DNA from: Hydrolagus colliei
Taxonomy: Eukaryota
Assembly (NCBI GenBank): GCA_035084275.1
Contig: CM068746.1
Coordinates: 41,726,001 to 41,790,000, forward strand
Direction of reading: 5' to 3'
Length of the DNA stretch: 64,000 nt
Shown here: piece after piece, positions 25,789 through 36,638 of the stretch
Layout of the letters: the number at the start of each line of letters is the position of its first letter
How positions within the stretch are numbered: the stretch's first letter is position 1
Made by a program: the position numbers and the translations under genes
The notes under the pieces: model-generated
The model's input: the letters and a program-made list of their open reading frames with translations, nothing else
Database searches by the model: none
Told to the model about the DNA's origin: nothing

Positions 25789-25980
25789 CTGGTGAGAAGG
25801 GAGGAGGGAGAAAGATGGAGGAGGGAGGAAGGGTATAGAGAAGGGCGGGAGGCAACGAAAGAAAGGAGTAGGAATGTAGGGTGCCGAAGAGGAGGATGAA
25901 CAGGGAGAGTAAGAAAGGGAAAGCAGGAGGAAGAGAGGGAGACACGGAAGGGAAGGAGAAAGAGAAGAGGAGGAAGTTGT

Positions 25981-26125
25981 NNNNNNNNNNNNNNNNNNNN
26001 NNNNNNNNNNNNNNNNNNNNNNNNNNNNNNNNNNNNNNNNNNNNNNNNNNNNNNNNNNNNNNNNNNNNNNNNNNNNNNNNNNNNNNNNNNNNNNNNNNNN
26101 NNNNNNNNNNNNNNNNNNNNNNNNN
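25981..26125. other. Assembly gap (145 N) within a purine-rich tract of the last intron
   Basis: Run of n. Confidence 1.
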
Positions 26126-26645
26126 AGGATAAATAGTGGAAAAGAGGGAAATAAAGGGAAGAAGAAATATTAACAACCATTCAAAGACTATCAGAACCTC
26201 GGTTTCTATTCATGAGGTTTGTGCTAACTACACTGCACATGGTAATGTGCACGGAAGTACACAAAACAATGGCACATAAGAACAGTGTCTCATACCATTC
26301 TTCAGACACCGTTTGATCAAAAATAGCTACTGTTACATACAGTGGCACTCACTCAGAGAATCATTCCCAACACATGGGACAGCCAACAGTGACATGGGAC
26401 GAGGCAGCACATGTCACCTTTCACTGGGGTCAGCTGGTACACGTGAATATAAAAGACACTTCAATGCAGGGCTGGGGGTACGTTACATTGTTGGGGGTGT
26501 TGTCCTTCAGATGAGACGTTAAACCGAGGTCCTGTCTGCCTGTTCAAGTTGATATTCAAGTACATCCTATGATGCGCTTTGAAATGTCTCAACTGCTTGA
26601 TCTGGCGCTATATCAAACGCAAGGATTATTATTATTACTACTTAC

Positions 26646-26817
26646 GGTCATTGTCATGAACAATCTGAAAGTTCTTCACGGATGCCTGCGTGACTCTCCC
26701 ATGGAAGTTCAGGACATAAGACTGTGTGTCGTCATTCCACACCGGCGCCTTGTTGTGCAGCTCGATTAGATTTTCCATGTTGCGATTCTGCCACATCGAC
26801 AGCAAGCTTTCATGTTC
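26646..26817 (-). CDS. TULP3: TULP3-like exon (tubby domain)
   Basis: accacag| [57 protein letters not shown] +C |gtaag, 172 nt. Confidence 0.95.
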
Positions 26818-27597
26818 CTGTGGTTTGAAAACAAAAAATGTAACCTTTGCTGCAGCGCTAACACTGTTTAGTGCCGAGACAACTGCTCACATGTAGACAA
26901 TACATCATGGAACTGGAGATGCCATGTCCGGAGAGAGAAACCCAGATCAGTTTCACATTTGCTAAATTACATTTACTGCCAGAGACTGGCTCCCAGACAA
27001 AGACATATATTTCAAGAAAATAAGTGACTGGAATTCAAGTGTTCATGGACCTCATCTTAAAATAAAGTAAAATGGAACAAAACAGCAAGCCATCAGAATA
27101 TAGAATATGGCACCAGACTAACGAATAAGCTTGAATTTGTGGGAAGAGAAAATGAGAAAATATATTGTGGGCGAAACACGGCAGCCAATTGCGCACAGTG
27201 TCCTACAAACATTCTTGGATTGAAGTAACCAATTTATTGGCCAATGATGAAGACATTGATTACAGATGGCAATTGTGATTGGATCAAAACTTTAGTCAAC
27301 AGCAACCAAGAAGTGAAAACACTGTGGGATAACAGGGAAAGGGATGGAAAGTGGGATGCGGGGAAAGACGGAAACTGGGATTAATGAAAAGGGCAATTCA
27401 AAATAAACAGAGAGAGGAGGACAACAAAGTTGACTGCATACCTAAATAGAAGTAAGCAAGGGCAGGTAAATGTAACTGTAATGATTTCTCTGAATAGAAC
27501 CAGTATAGACACAATGGACCAAACGGTCTTCTTGTTTGCCATGGTTCTATGAAATGTATTGAAATTTTTTACATGTACATCCTTTTGAATGACTTAC

Positions 27598-27696
27598 ATG
27601 GCGAGGCCTGATGGGGACTCGTTCGTGATTCATATTCATTCCTGGAATGACCACTGTCATCTTCCTCGGTCCTTTGAAGCCCAGTACGTTAGTCTC
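27598..27696 (-). CDS. TULP3: TULP3-like exon (tubby domain)
   Basis: ttctgcag| [33 protein letters not shown] |gtaagt, 99 nt. Confidence 0.95.
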
Positions 27697-27918
27697 CTGC
27701 AGAAAGTGAAAAGCAGATTCTTCCTACAACTGCTTCATGGCCACATAGTGAGAAGGTGAAATAATAAGCTTTACATTTCATTTTGAGTTTCTCATATCAC
27801 AAGGTTGCATACATTCCACTATCATCTGATGTACTCACACAACACACAGAGATAATTCCTGCCCAATGTTGCACTCATGTAACACACTCAGATAACTCCT
27901 GCCTGTTATTCTACTCAC

Positions 27919-28033
27919 ATAACACACGGCAGCTAACTCCTGCCTGCTGTTGCTCTCATCAAGCAATCCCACGGCTTTAGCAGGATTTACTCCATTATCG
28001 TAGATTGTAAATTTTGTTCCCATTAAATTCGAC
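27919..28033 (-). CDS. TULP3: TULP3-like exon (tubby domain)
   Basis: tgaccag| (R)[38 protein letters not shown] |gtgagt, 115 nt. Confidence 0.95.
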
Positions 28034-28245
28034 CTGGTCAGGAGCAAAGGCAGAATAGTAACAAACAAAGTTGCAGTCTAAAGGTAAAATACTGCAAGTA
28101 TATTTCTTTCAATACATGATCTACAAACATGGATTCCTAAACAATAGAGGCAGATAGTCTGAGTTAACATCCCAAAGCAATGCTGGGGTTTGTTGTATTG
28201 TCGGAGGTTCCGTCCCTCGGATGAGATTTTAAACCTGTTGCTTGT

Positions 28246-28557
28246 CAGTGGTTAGAGCACACATCTCACAAGCGAGAGACCTGGGTTCGATTCCCAGGAG
28301 GGAGGGCGAAACCTTGGGCAGGTTTCCTTACACCACACGCCTGATAATAATCCCTCAAGAAAAAAACCCAATAATAAATTTATCACTTTAATCCATGACT
28401 GTGAGTGGTACACTGTTGTGCACAATCGGCTGCTGCGTTTCGCCCAAAGAATATACAGTCAATTCACTTTACGGTATATACTGTGAAGTGCTTTGAGACA
28501 TCTAGAAGACTTCAAAAGTGCTATATGAAATGCGAGGATTAGTAATATTTATTTATT
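28246..28557 (+). mobile_element. tRNA-derived SINE
   Basis: cagtggttagagcac...gggttcgattccc head, core, tail. Confidence 0.85.
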
Positions 28558-29480
28558 AAAAAGGTCTTAGTTTAGCTACTTCCCTCAGCTCTGATTGCAT
28601 CGAGGAAAGGAATATTTTTTGCATCCTGTCTGTATACTGTCTGTATCCATTTACCCTGCTCCATCTAGCACTTTCAGGTATTATGTGTTTAGATGCTGAG
28701 GAAATGGGAGTAATAGGAGTGCATCAGTGTTAATGCAATAAAAATAATAATCCATGCATTGAATATAGTGCCTTATCACATCACTGAGACGTTTCAAAGC
28801 ACTTCAATATATTGTAAAGTAAATTAACTATGTACTTTGTGGACAAAATGCAGGAAACAATTGTGCAAAGCAGTGTCCCATAAACAACAACAACAAAATG
28901 ACGTTTATAGTACCTCACGGTCATGGTTTGAGGGACTTTTTTTTACTACCCCCGAAAAGCAATTCACCAATTGACTAACAACTAGGTATCTGCACACTGT
29001 GAGTTAAACAAAGGAGTGTGGGGTAAGGTAACATACCTAAAGCTTTGTCCTGCCCACAAATCGAATCTAAGTCATCTCGATTGGGAGGCAAGTGCCACTA
29101 TAGGACTCCACGTACTTCCAGTAGATCACGCTGATATACTCAAATTTGTCTGTTTCGTCTGCATCTAACCATGCAGAGGAAATAGAGGAATCCTGCATTT
29201 GATGTATTTTCCCCCAGTTGTCTCTTCATCTCAGGTCAGGGCCAGCATAGGTTAGATACAAAGTAAAGCTCTCTTCACTGCCAAAATTGGATTTAAAATG
29301 CAGGGTTTCTGCTACAAATCCCAAAGGAAAAACACATTTTAGATCCTGTCTTCTAATCAATAAAAACCTTGCTGCAATGGTTAAATGGGTGAAAATGCAT
29401 CCACCACACCAGGGAGCCTGGATTTGAGTACACTTCACAGCAGTTCACTCGTAATTCAATGTTCCATCCAAGAGACTCAC

Positions 29481-29593
29481 CTCAGTTTCCCAATGAAGCT
29501 TATGGCTTCTCGGGACAGATCTGTTGCGTCGACAGAGATCAAGTAATTGGACGTTTTACTCTTTTTCCGTTTCCTTCCTGCTAATAAAAATAC
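29481..29593 (-). CDS. TULP3: TULP3-like exon (basic RKRKKSK motif, phosphoinositide-binding KLR)
   Basis: ttttcag| [37 protein letters not shown] +AG |gtgagt, 113 nt. Confidence 0.95.
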
Positions 29594-30278
29594 CTGAAAA
29601 ATAAAACATCATCAGTGCTTGTCTCTCCTCTCTGTTCAGGCAATAGGATCTCCTTGGAGCTGAAATGGCTTCTAGGTGACAAGCCAAGGTGACGTGATCA
29701 ATTTCAACAATGGATTTCTGGAGTCCAGCCAACCCTATGGGGTTGTCGCGAGTCCAGTTCCTGAGCCAGGAGGGTCCGTGGTATTACAGGGCACTGCTGA
29801 TGACAGTACAGCCAGCCTGGCTCATTGACAAGACCTGGAAGGACAGACCAGACACTGGGGGCAGGGAGTCATTCAGCAGTCCTCAGGCCTTGGGTCTTGT
29901 CAATCCATACCTACAACTTTCCAGAATTAGGTAAGCAGAATGGGCATTCTATTCCAACAATGTATTATCTCTGGAATTTCCATGAAAATAGTGGGATGCA
30001 TGGAAACCTCAGCTTGGTTTGGCTACTCTTAAGCAGGTGATGAGTTTTCGCATGTGTCAAACACGCAGCTCACCAAAACAAAGTACAAGAACAGCACAAT
30101 TCTTTAGTCTTATGGATTGAGAAGGAAACTATCCCACTCACTTAGCTTCAAAAGGGAGCAAGAGCAGAGAGTGTGAGCTGACAGCTCATGAAGACTGAGC
30201 ACACACTGACAGCAGCTGCACTGTAGCTGGACTTGATCTTACGCCTAGGTTATACATTTCAAGTGAGCATTCTGTCAC

Positions 30279-30476
30279 CTTCTTTCCATCGTCCCGCTCT
30301 AGGTGCACATAGTAGGTTGGATACAGCCCACGGTCCATTCCTTTCTTGTCCCGGGTAATCCTGCATTTGATTGTGACTCCACGAGGCGCTGGCCTCAAGG
30401 TAAATTCCTCCAAGTTGTCCAATTCAATCGGGTTTAGGCCAGGACCGGGAGAAGGGAGGGAGGCAGCGGATGTTTC
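30279..30476 (-). CDS. TULP3: TULP3-like exon (start of tubby domain)
   Basis: ttcccag| ETSAAS...[45 protein letters not shown] |gtgaca, 198 nt. Confidence 0.95.
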
Positions 30477-30735
30477 CTGGGAATCGGAGGGAAGAATGTT
30501 TGAGAACAAACAGCTCAGAAATGTGCAAGCGTACGGCAGTCGCTGCAGCAACAGAACCATGAGGGATGTTTCAGTTAAAAAGAAAAGCTAGACCTTTTTC
30601 ACTTAAACTGAAGTTAGGGGATAATGTGACCAAGAACATCACAGTAGTGATGTAAAATCTTGGGCATTTGACAAACCCGATCGCCCTGTCATTCTCTCCC
30701 CAAAGGCAACTCCCAGGTTCCCAAAAAGAATTCAC

Positions 30736-30854
30736 CTTGTTAGATTTCTTGCTGGTGGCAGATGATGGCCTGATGCTTTCTTCAGTCTGTGAGCCTGAGG
30801 TATCTTCAGTCTCTTCACCTTCGTCCTCATCAAAGTTCATGCTGCCAGAGATTC
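30736..30854 (-). CDS. TULP3: TULP3-like exon (acidic linker)
   Basis: aatacag| (G)ISGSMNFDEDEGEETEDTSGSQTEESIRPSSATSKKSNK |gtgaat, 119 nt. Confidence 0.92.
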
Positions 30855-30989
30855 CTGTATTTACAATGTAATGTTTAACCCCGTTATTTAAATAGCTGTA
30901 AACAGTTCGATCCTTTTCTACTGGTTATGCTTGTGAAAACTGTTCCATTCTCACGCTGTGCTCTAAGCTTCCTCTGTGTACTTTCTTAC

Positions 30990-31151
30990 CTCTTTGTTCC
31001 ATCACTTCCTGGATGTCTGGTTTGGAAGCCGAATCCAGGAGAGCCTTGGCATCATCACAGTCAATGGCGGGTTGTTTAACTGAAAGCATCTGAACTTTGC
31101 CGCCAATGTCCTGCACCTCACTGATTGTGAAGGCAGCTGGGCCATCAATAC
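30990..31151 (-). CDS. TULP3: TULP3-like exon
   Basis: tttgtgcag| (G)IDGPAAFTISEVQDIGGKVQMLSV...ASKPDIQEVMEQR +G |gtaag, 162 nt, phase 1-1. Confidence 0.92.
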
Positions 31152-32142
31152 CTGCACAAACAGAAGCAACCTTGGTCAGTGGAGACTTCTTGCATTGAAG
31201 TACCTCTTCTTATGTGATCTGGCTGAACACACACTCTCCTTTAATGCTATTTGGTCACGTTGAGAGCTTTTGTGTCTCTTCTAAAAGACAACAAAATACA
31301 GACCACCCCGCCGAGTAATGCACTTTAGTATCAGCCGAGACTGCCAGCTGAAGTCCCAGAGGGCTACATACCACTAACTAAGCCAAGCTGCCATCAAGAA
31401 GCTGAGAACTGCAAAAGGCCATAGCTCAATGACACAATGGATCTGCCTCACACTGAACCTTCAGTTCTCTAACACTCAGACAGCTGGTAGACCCCAAATG
31501 ACCATGGCCCCGAGAGACAGGGCACTCATGCAGAATTAATCCTGTTTCCGCCACAGCCCACAATTCCCACTCTCCACTAGTCCACAAATCTGCCCGGTTT
31601 GGGACCACAATCTTAATAATAATCAGGGCATTTTATATTTTACATTTTAAGGATAAACTATTTGAAGTACGTCACAGGTGTACGCTGTTGAATCCAGCTG
31701 ACTATATCTTTAGCCAAATACAGCAGTCAGATTGTGCATCCTAAGCTTCCATAAACAACCATGAGATGAATAACCAATTTACTTAGATGCACACTCCACT
31801 TCACCAAGCCAGTCAGGAATCTGAAGTGTCTTGTTCAATACTCAACTGTCTTTTCTCCCCCAAATTCATGCCATGACCCGTTCTGCCTCCCCTCACCTCC
31901 ACACCAGTGTCCAACTCCACCACTACCTCACACCTCAGGCCACTGAACCTCTCATTCATGCCTTCATTACACAATAAAGTGTGTAGAAATATTGTTTTAA
32001 ATAGTCTTAAAGTAAATGAAATCTTATTTATGGCACGTCTTTGTTTATGACTTGACAGCAGCGTGGGATTGATGTCCCATCCACAATAGTTCAAAGCGTG
32101 TTTAATCAGAAGTTACCGACTGATACTGTACTAAACGCTAAC

Positions 32143-32271
32143 CTGGCGCTCCTGTGTCCCCGTCACTGCTTTTCTCCAACTGGCAACCTTCCTGCAGCTT
32201 TTTCAGTGTACAAGCTCCTGAATCATCATTTGGGAGCTCATTCTCCTCATCCCTATCTTTATCTTCTCCTG
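32143..32271 (-). CDS. Candidate cassette exon C of the tubby gene (43 codons)
   Basis: cattag|CAG... AGEDKDRDEENELPNDDSGACTLKKLQEGCQLEKSSDGDTGAP +G |gttagc; 129 nt, phase 1-1, open. Confidence 0.65.
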
Positions 32272-32534
32272 CTAATGGACATGTCATAAGAAGAGAAGGC
32301 GAAAGCATGCAAACACTGAGCAACTGCCAGGGTGAGTAAATTATAATTATCCAATTTGTGCACTTAATTTTTGCCCCATACATCTCGTACAGAAGCAGCC
32401 ACTGCCCTCACAACTCACAACACAGTCACACACAGACATTATCTGAAACAAGGGCAGCTGGTGCCTGTCTCACACACATATGCTGTCCATTCAAAGAGGA
32501 TGGAGCAGTGGGCAGGACGGGATTTGTTTTCAAA

Positions 32535-32871
32535 TCCCTCCACTCCTCTGCACACCCCTACCTGTTACCTTCACTCCACCGGGTCTGGCCTCCTCCATGT
32601 CCCCCCAAATCCTTCACTCCACCCTCGGCGGCCGGGCCTTCAGCCACTGCGCTCGCCCCGAGGCTCTGGAATTCCCTTCCTCACTCCCTTCACCTCGCCC
32701 CCTCTTTTCTCAGCTGCTTCAGGTCCCAGCTGAAGACCTTTCTCTTCAACTGCGCCTTTGGTCACCTTTCTCTCCCTGCCCCTGGCTTGGTCCCGGGATC
32801 CGCTATTGTGAAGCGCTCTGAGACGCCTTCCGGCGTGGAGGGCGCTATATAAATCAAAGTTGTTGTTGTTG
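32535..32871 (+). mobile_element. L2-type LINE 3' end
   Basis: RAFSHCAP/LWNSLP/FRSQLKTFLF motifs and tail ggcgctatataaatcaaa(gtt)n. Confidence 0.8.
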
Positions 32872-33512
32872 AGGAGGATTGGGTCCAGATCTGACCTAAA
32901 TGTTGCTTTTGGTCGTGCATTTAAATCTCAATATCCAGCACATTGCACAGAATACATGACAGATGAAATTCCAGGCATTACAACATGGGAATGTTACCTG
33001 GTGTTTTAGTGCTTTGGCTTCAAGTTTATCACAAGGCTTGTGGTGTTCATTTTATAATCTGAAAATTGTTGGAATCTCTCCCCCACCCAAAAATAACAGG
33101 TAAGTGAAATCATACCTCAGCCAAATCCTGACCTCTCACTCGTTCTGCGCACAAGCATTTTCTAGCAAAGTGCTCTGAGAAACCATTTTTCTCCTCCCTA
33201 ACCAAGAGACAGAGGACATGAGTAGCCCTGACAGCTGACTGGCTAACATCCACTATGTCTGCATTAATTCAGGGTCAAATTCAGGCCCTTCTTGTCTCCT
33301 ATCTTTATTGCTCAGTTTCACACTCAGCTAGCCGGGGCAGCACCAATTACGTCAGAGCAGGGAGAAGCTGTGACATTGGAATATAAAGCTGGTTTTACCA
33401 GTGAGCCACACTGTTGCAGTGGCGTGGCTCACATGCGTCTGAATCAAGCAACATACAATGAAATGTGGATCACTTTCTACACTAACATGTTGTGCTCATT
33501 GTTAGTGCTAAC

Positions 33513-33644
33513 CTGACGGTTCTTTCTTCCTTTCCTTCTTCCTTTCCAATTCATAAGCATCTTGCATGTTTTTCAACAGAAGGAGTCTTAAGGTTTCCTC
33601 AGAGAACTCAGTCTCCCCAGTCTTCATTAAACTCTCTTCCTCTG
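33513..33644 (-). CDS. Candidate cassette exon B of the tubby gene (44 codons)
   Basis: tttcctttccgtag|CAG... AEEESLMKTGETEFSEETLRLLLLKNMQDAYELERKKERKKEPS +G |gttagc; 132 nt, phase 1-1, open. Confidence 0.65.
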
Positions 33645-34159
33645 CTACGGAAAGGAAACACGGAGCAGTAAGAACCCCTCCTCCACCTGTCACATAGGAG
33701 ATAACATGCCAGGAAACTCAGTCAGTTTAACTGGGACTAGACAGTTCTCAGTTTTAATCTGGTGAGTCCACTCATCCCTTTCAAGGTTGATGGGAGTATA
33801 ATTTGCTGAACCTGTTGAGTTCTTTACGATGTTTCTGGTTTACGATGTGCATTGCCTTTAGATTCGAATTCAGCTAACTCCAGAAAAAAGCCAGCAAATA
33901 AAATGCTTGCGGAAGTAATCTGGTTGGAATCAATTATTGACTGTGTTGGAATCATTGTGCACTGATTTGACTAACTCTGCAAGGAACTTATTTAACACAG
34001 CAATGTGGACGGGCTCTGGTTGGAATCAAGTAGTGACTATTTTAGAATCAGGAGTCTAGAACTGCACTTTGGGACTGAATTGAAGGGCACTCCCAAGAAA
34101 TCCATTGGTTGGCATTGCTGCTGTGACAAACTCGGGCAATACTGTAACGCTGAGGGGCT

Positions 34160-34455
34160 GCCGAGGGAATGTGGGATGGAAATCCAAAGGTTGGGGGCAG
34201 AGTGGCTGAAGACGATGATGGTGGGGTGGGGACGTGGAGCAGGCTGGAGCCCAATGAGCGGAGGGATCGGATAGGTTGGTAGGGGAATTAGGAGGTGACG
34301 GGGGAGGGCGGGCAAAGCCATGGAGGGCTTTGAAGGTGAGGACCAGGATCTTAAATTGAATCCTGTGTGATGGGAAGCCAGTTGAGTGGGGCGAGGATGA
34401 GGATGATAGGTTTGCTGAGCCTGGTGTGGGAGAGAACACGGCTGCAGCTCATTTC
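34160..34455 (-). mobile_element. L2 LINE fragment
   Basis: HRIQFKILVLTFKALHG motif in ORF 34056..34439. Confidence 0.75.
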
Positions 34456-34864
34456 CTCTCTGGCACCGGGCTCTGTGACGCCACCATGCCCAACCTTGCC
34501 CAGCTCCACTGGCTCCCCATCCCTCAGACAGAATCCCAAATCCTTGTCCTCACTTTTAAGGCTCTGGCCTGCTGCATGTCTGCCGCATGATCGGCTGCCA
34601 GGCTCTCAGCCTCTCTGCCCCTACCCATTGAGAAAGTATCCTCTCATTGCTCATTTTGTTCTCACTAAGCTGGAGTACAATATCTGTCACTGTATCACCT
34701 AATGTGCAAATGCCGTATAACTGCTTTAATAAGTTAAATAATTAAACAAGTGTTTTTCATAACTTCAGCTGACCAGTTCATCTGTTTTATTCACTCCAGT
34801 TCCTGAGAGGAAAGAGTGGATTTCCATTTCCGCAGGACGAGCCTACTGTGATTTTAAAGCTAAC

Positions 34865-34990
34865 CTGACTGTCCTTTGTTCCTGTCACTGCTTCTTGCCA
34901 GCTGGTGAGCTGTCTGCACATTTTTCAATTTATGAATCCTTAAAGGTTCCTCGAGCAACTTGTTCTCAGTCTTCCTTCTATCATCTCCTG
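34865..34990 (-). CDS. Candidate cassette exon A of the tubby gene (42 codons)
   Basis: gacattag|CAG... AGDDRRKTENKLLEEPLRIHKLKNVQTAHQLARSSDRNKGQS +G |gttagc; 126 nt, phase 1-1, open; not in the ORF track. Confidence 0.62.
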
Positions 34991-35186
34991 CTAATGTCAA
35001 TTAACAAAGGCAAAGGTGGCTGAAAAGGAACATTCTAGCCAGGAATACATAACACAATCGTTTAAAACTTGCATTCACCTCCCTCTGAACAGACATAAGG
35101 TTCAACTCAAAGTTGAATTAATCTGTATCCAATTTAGACTGCTCAGTCTGTAAGAACATCTCAGTTAATTACTCCATCTCAAGTAT

Positions 35187-36531
35187 AGAATCATAGAATC
35201 ATAGAATTTTACGGCACAAAAGGAGGCCATTCGGCCCATCTAGTCTGTGCCGGCTCTTTGAAAAGAGCGATTCAATCCCACTGCCCTGCCCGCTCCCCAT
35301 AGCCTAACAGACCCGTTCTCCCTAAATAAAGATCTAATTCCCTTTTAAAAGTTGTTATCGAATCAGCCTCCACCACCTTTTCAGGCAATGCATTCCAGAT
35401 TCGAACAACTCGCTGAGTGAAAAAATTTCTCCTCAGCTCCCCTCTACTGCGCCTTGAAACTATTTTAAATCTGTGACCACGAGTCACAGATTCACCCACG
35501 AGTGGAAATAGTTTTTCTCTATTTGCCCTGTCGAAACCCCTCATGATCTTATAAACCTCTATTAGGTCTCCCCTCAATCTTCTCTGCTCCAGAGAGAATA
35601 ACCCTAGCCTATCTAGCCTCTCCTCATAGCTGAAGTCCCTCAATCCTGGCACCATCCTAGTAAATCTTCGTTGTACCCTTTCCAATGCCTTCACATCCTT
35701 TCTGTAGTGTGGTGACCAGAATTGAACACAGTATTCCAGCTGAGGCCTCACCAAAGTCCTATAGAGGTTAGTCAGCACTTCCTGACTTTTGTACTCTATA
35801 CCCCTATTTATAAAGCCTAGTATCCCATATGCCTTCTTAACAGCCTTGTCTACCTGTCCTGCCACCTTCAACGAGTCACTAACACAAATCCCCAGGTCTC
35901 TCTGTTCCTTTACACCATTTAAAATTGTACTATCTAGCCTATATTGCCTCCCTTCATTTCTTCTCCCAAAATGCATCACCTCACACTTCTCTGCATTAAA
36001 CTTCATCTGCCATGTGTCTGCCCACTTTACCAATTTGTCTATATCCTCTTGCAGATGGCTACTATCCTCCTCACTGTTTACTATTCTCCCTAACTTAGTG
36101 TCATCTGCAAACTTGGAAACTGTACTCTGTACACCCAAGTCCAGATCATTGATGTAGATTACAAACAGCAATGGTCCCAAAACTGATCCCTGTGGCACAC
36201 CACTGCTCACTTCCCTCCAATCTGAAAAACAGCCGCTCACTACAACTCTCTGCTTTCTGTCTCGCAGCCAGTTGTGGATCCGCGCTGCCACTGTCCCTTT
36301 TACGCCATGGGCCTTTAATTTCATAATAAGTCTCTCATGTGGCACTTTGTCAAATGCCTTTTGAAAGTCCATGTAAACTACATCAACTGCGCTACCATTA
36401 TCCACCCATTCCGTTACCTCATCAAAAAATTCTATCAGATTTATAAGGCAAGATTTGCCTTTAACAAATCCATGTTGACTGTCCTTTATTAGCCTATATC
36501 TTTCTAAGTGAAGATCTACCTTGTCCCTGAT
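35187..36531 (-). mobile_element. Young 5'-truncated CR1 LINE with uninterrupted RT frame
   Basis: ORF 35272..36405 has YMDFQKAFDKVPH, SGVPQGSVLGP, KFADDTKL, RPQLEYC; frame stays open to the truncation point; (attctatg)n tail; AAGTAT at 35181-35186 and 36636-36641. Confidence 0.97.
35272..36405 (-). CDS. CR1 ORF2 C-terminal part (reverse transcriptase), truncated
   Basis: 377-aa ORF with non-LTR RT motifs; lacks the endonuclease domain. Confidence 0.85.
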   Translation of the reverse strand: MDNGSAVDVVYMDFQKAFDKVPHERLIMKLKAHGVKGTVAARIHNWLRDRKQRVVVSGCFSDWREVSSGVPQGSVLGPLLFVIYINDLDLGVQSTVSKFADDTKLGRIVNSEEDSSHLQEDIDKLVKWADTWQMKFNAEKCEVMHFGRRNEGRQYRLDSTILNGVKEQRDLGICVSDSLKVAGQVDKAVKKAYGILGFINRGIEYKSQEVLTNLYRTLVRPQLEYCVQFWSPHYRKDVKALERVQRRFTRMVPGLRDFSYEERLDRLGLFSLEQRRLRGDLIEVYKIMRGFDRANREKLFPLVGESVTRGHRFKIVSRRSRGELRRNFFTQRVVRIWNALPEKVVEADSITTFKRELDLYLGRTGLLGYGERAGQWD

Positions 36532-36638
36532 TATAAGTGCAAGTTGATGTTGTTGCTGTCTGTGCTTTAAGATATGTTAATGATTAGTTGGTGAGGTACT
36601 GGAGAGCACATGTGGAACTGTACCCCAATAGAAAGAAG
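36532..36638. repeat. 107-bp perfect inverted copy of 39313-39419
   Basis: tataagtgcaagttgatg...ccccaatagaaagaag is the exact reverse complement of 39313-39419. Confidence 0.95.

Noticed and set aside
32998-33058. AG...GT-bounded 61-nt segment among the cassette exons
   Set aside because: Not a multiple of 3, stops in all frames and no similarity to the three exons; a poison exon cannot be excluded.
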